Origin: the human T2T-CHM13v2.0 reference genome, Homo sapiens
Reading direction: 5' to 3' (one strand)
Assembly (NCBI RefSeq): GCF_009914755.1
Contig: NC_060933.1
DNA: 64,000 bases
A model generated the notes under the pieces. It was not told the DNA's origin, did not search any database, and was given only the letters and a program-made list of their open reading frames with translations. Every line of letters begins with the position of its first letter. Position 1 is the stretch's first letter. Shown here one piece after another: positions 60,562 to 64,000 of the stretch. The translations under genes were made by a program, and so were the position numbers.

Positions 60562-60720
60562 AGCACCTTGCTGTCAGAGTATGGTCCATGGGGCCGACAG
60601 TTATCAGGATCACCTGAGAGTTCATTAGGAATGCAGGTTGTCAAGTCCATTCTAAATCTTTGTATTTTAACAAGATCTTCAGGTGATTCATTTGCATCTT
60701 AAAATTTTAGAAGCACCGCT
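60562..60720. mobile_element. Second MER5-type MITE
   Basis: gatcacctgagagttcattaggaatgcag...attttaacaagatcttcaggtgattcat...agaagcaccg. Confidence 0.65.
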
Positions 60721-61070
60721 TTAGAAGTTATTTCATCTGTTTTATTTTGAAGTTGAAGAAAAATCCACAGAAGTTACGGAGTTTGCTGATGGTCACAATT
60801 CTAGCTAATGAAGCCAGGACTAGAATTAAAAACTCTTGAATTCCAAACCTGTGCTTCTCTCCAACGCTGTGGATGAGGGCCTGTGTTATCCTTCACATAG
60901 AAGAAAAAAGTGTGGATAAATTGTCAGTAGTGTGTACACTTTGAGTGTACTCTGTCTTTTTGAGATGTAGCTAATGGGTTTGCTGTAATTATCGTCTCTC
61001 TCCAGACCTATCACCTTTGAGAACAATGTTCATGAGATGGAGAAACTGACTGAAAGCTGCACCTAGATAG

Positions 61071-61322
<252 letters not shown>

Positions 61323-62529
61323 TAGAATTCTCTACTTCTGAAGCATAAATGCTAATAAAAAATATTTATAAAATAAGACTTTTCTGCTCTTCATTAGCTG
61401 AGGGACTAGTCTCAAGACTAAAAGACCATGGTACGAGACAAGAATACTAGTCTAAAAAGATGATGGCATGGGAAAAGAATATAATTTTCTCTTTCAGTTA
61501 TCTACTTGAAGCTTTTGGGAAAGGGGAAAACCTGGGAATTTAGGGATGTGGGTAGTTTTGTAAGAAACCAGCCAAACGTTCTAAAGACAGAGTTTATGCT
61601 GGGCTCTGTGCTCAAACTGATCTAGCCAGAGCATGAAGGAAGCTGGAGAGAAAATGCAGGCTAGGTTGGTGTTGATCTGTCCAATCAAACACCACATGGG
61701 TTTAGCAGATGTATGCCATGCACATCGATATGTGCTATTTTAAATTTCCTGGGGCAATACTTGTTAGAGAAGAGCAGTATGTTGGACTCATCAGGCTTCT
61801 TAGTAATATGTACCTAGCTCTCTCCTCCTCTCTGCACCTGCTGTGCTACTGATTATACTGTAAGTAATGGCAGCTTTGCCTTGGGAGGTTATGGATATGC
61901 TGCAGATGGGGCATCTCTCCCGTGAAGGTGTATAAATTTCAAATTGCTAGTTGCAGCTCTTTGCAAGGGAGCCATGGGGAGCAGGAGGGAGAGAACACCA
62001 GTAGGAGTGACACCCAAAGCCATAATAATTTCTGATGATTAACCTCCAGTTTTTCACATCCTCTGTTATGTGTGATTCCAGGATCATAGACAAAATGATT
62101 GCTTTGCTGTATGGAAAATCTGGCACTGTATAACTCTCTAATTTTCCACACATGATATCATAATACCTCTAGTAGCACTATTTGTAGCTAAAGCCTCCCT
62201 CTCCTCCTCCTTCTTCCTGTTTTTTCCTCTATTTGATGTATTTTCCTTTCTTTCATTAATTGCAAGGGGCTTTAGCCCAGGGTGAGGATAGTGAGTAGTG
62301 CGATAGGAGTGGTGGCTTCAGAGCCTCCTGTCTGCATGGTAAAAAATATATGTGTGTTTATCTGTTTAGGAGAAGATTCCTAAAGACCTAGAGTGATGTT
62401 ATTACAGCTAGATTGCATTTAGAAACTCTAATGAAATGCATGTAAGGACAGAGGCAGGTAATAGAAATGAGTGACTGGATCAAGAGAACTGTGGTGGACT
62501 GGGTGGCTCCTAGCCTGTCTCAGAGGGGG

Positions 62530-62752
62530 ATGTACCAGCCAGCTCCATCCATTGTTGCTATAGAGAGTTGCAACCAGTGCTATGAAATCTCATTTTTAAA
62601 CAGAAGCTAAAAATTCAAGTTTTACATGAAATTTTCTGCTCTCTAAATGTTCATAGTTAATTGAGGTTTCTTTTTAACTCCATCAACTATGTAGGCCAAA
62701 AACCATGTCTGAAGGACTAGATTGGGCCTGTGGAGCAGGAGTTTGTAAACTT
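62530..62752. mobile_element. MER103-like hAT remnant
   Basis: agaagctaaaaattc...tgaaattttc...taaatgtt...gtaggccaaa...catgtctg...attgggcctgtgg...agtttg. Confidence 0.55.
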
Positions 62753-63911
62753 GATTTAGTCTGATGTCCTCATTTCATGGAAGAAAAGGAGTTTGTCCAA
62801 GCTCACTCATGACCTTAGTGAGGTGCAGAGTTGAGAAAAGAATGCGGGTCAGAATGCTCCTCATTCCTTTCACCTCTGAAGATACCTACAGTAGGACTTA
62901 TGTGCCAGGCAGTGAGCCAGGTCAGGGTTAGGTTACAGATATGGCTCCAGCCCTCAATGAGCTCACAGTCTGGCAGGGGTGACAGACAAGCAAACAACTA
63001 ACTATAATTCTTTGAGGTATGTGCAACAAAGAAGTAGCTATAAATGCAGAGGCAACATCAGGAGGAACAAGTTCATTTCATCTGAGGAGAGGGTGACATG
63101 GCATGGAGAATCAGGGATGGGCTTACAGAAAAGGTGATGCCTCGGTTGGGTGTTAACACTTAAATCTTTTGATAATAGTCACAGTGTTTTGTTTGCTTGC
63201 TTCTTTTACGTTTGTTAAGCAGCTGGTTTGTTACTGTGATTCTGATGAATTTAGGGGGGCAGAAATTGATAATAAATTGTCTCATATTGGCTTGATTTAA
63301 AGTTTGCACATACCAACTTACTTGGACCTCATAATGTTTGGTGAGGGTAAGGAATAGGGCAGGTATTAACTCAATTTCGTAGATGAGGAAATTGTGACTC
63401 AGGAAACCTAAATGCAAGGCCCAGTGTCACCTCATTATATATGCATCAGTAGAACTGGGTGGAAGGGAAATTTCTCATTTGCAGTTGGTGCTATTTATAT
63501 TCTGGGTCCTGACTGAGTGTGGCAGCACAAATCATCCATCCTGTGCTGTAAACCAATTCCAAGTTCTGGAATCCTCGGGAGATTTTGCCTCAACTTTCCT
63601 GGGAAATTGGATTGGAAGAACTACCCTTATGTTCATTGGAAATAAGGTGAAGACAAAGGTTTGGCAAGATGCTGATTCAGAGTGCAGCAACACTCAGGCT
63701 TTCAGGCCCTGCCCCATTCCACAAGTTGTAGGCCTGCAGGGCTGCGTTCAGTGGGACACTGGTGAGGGTAGAAGGTTGGGGGATAGGAGGTCTAATTTTC
63801 ACGGAGTCCCAGTGTAGGCTAGCAGGAACCTTGGGAATGCTATGGGCGTGGGGTTAAGTACATACAAACAATTTCACACTTATAGTTGGTTATTTTAGAA
63901 ATTCATTGACC

Positions 63912-64000
63912 GGCTGGGCACAGTGGCTCACGCCTGTAATCCCAGCACTTTGGGAGGCCGAGGCAGGCGGATCACAAAGTCAGGAGATCGAGACCATCCT
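63912..64000 (+). mobile_element. Alu 5' part (AluY/Sc-like), cut by the window end
   Basis: ggctgggcacagtggctcacgcctgtaatcccagc...ggagatcgagaccatcct. Confidence 0.93.

Overview
Primate genomic DNA, very likely human or great ape. It is AT-rich and repeat-dense (Alu, L1, L2, MIR, MaLR/ERV LTRs, hAT and Tc1-mariner fossils), and I find no intact protein-coding gene. Two pseudogenes lie on the minus strand: an unprocessed 4-exon SPATA31 (FAM75) family copy (35316-29281; 3 frameshifts and 3 nonsense codons, all in exon 4) and a full-length processed DDX10 retrocopy (60497-57273; 14-bp TSD, inserted into a MER5A). From recall, this pairing fits SPATA31B1P/DDX10P2 on human 9q21.32; I could not verify this here. 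The most notable structure is a nested insertion. One MER44B DNA transposon begins at 24949 and ends at 40710. It is interrupted by an LTR12 and by the whole ~13.5-kb SPATA31 block. That block is bracketed by two same-orientation AluY elements that share ONE target-site duplication (AGAACAATTATA, left of the first Alu and right of the second). This is a base-level record of an Alu-mediated duplicative insertion of the SPATA31 core duplicon. Repeat subfamily names are from recognition of consensus sequences by eye and need RepeatMasker/Dfam confirmation.
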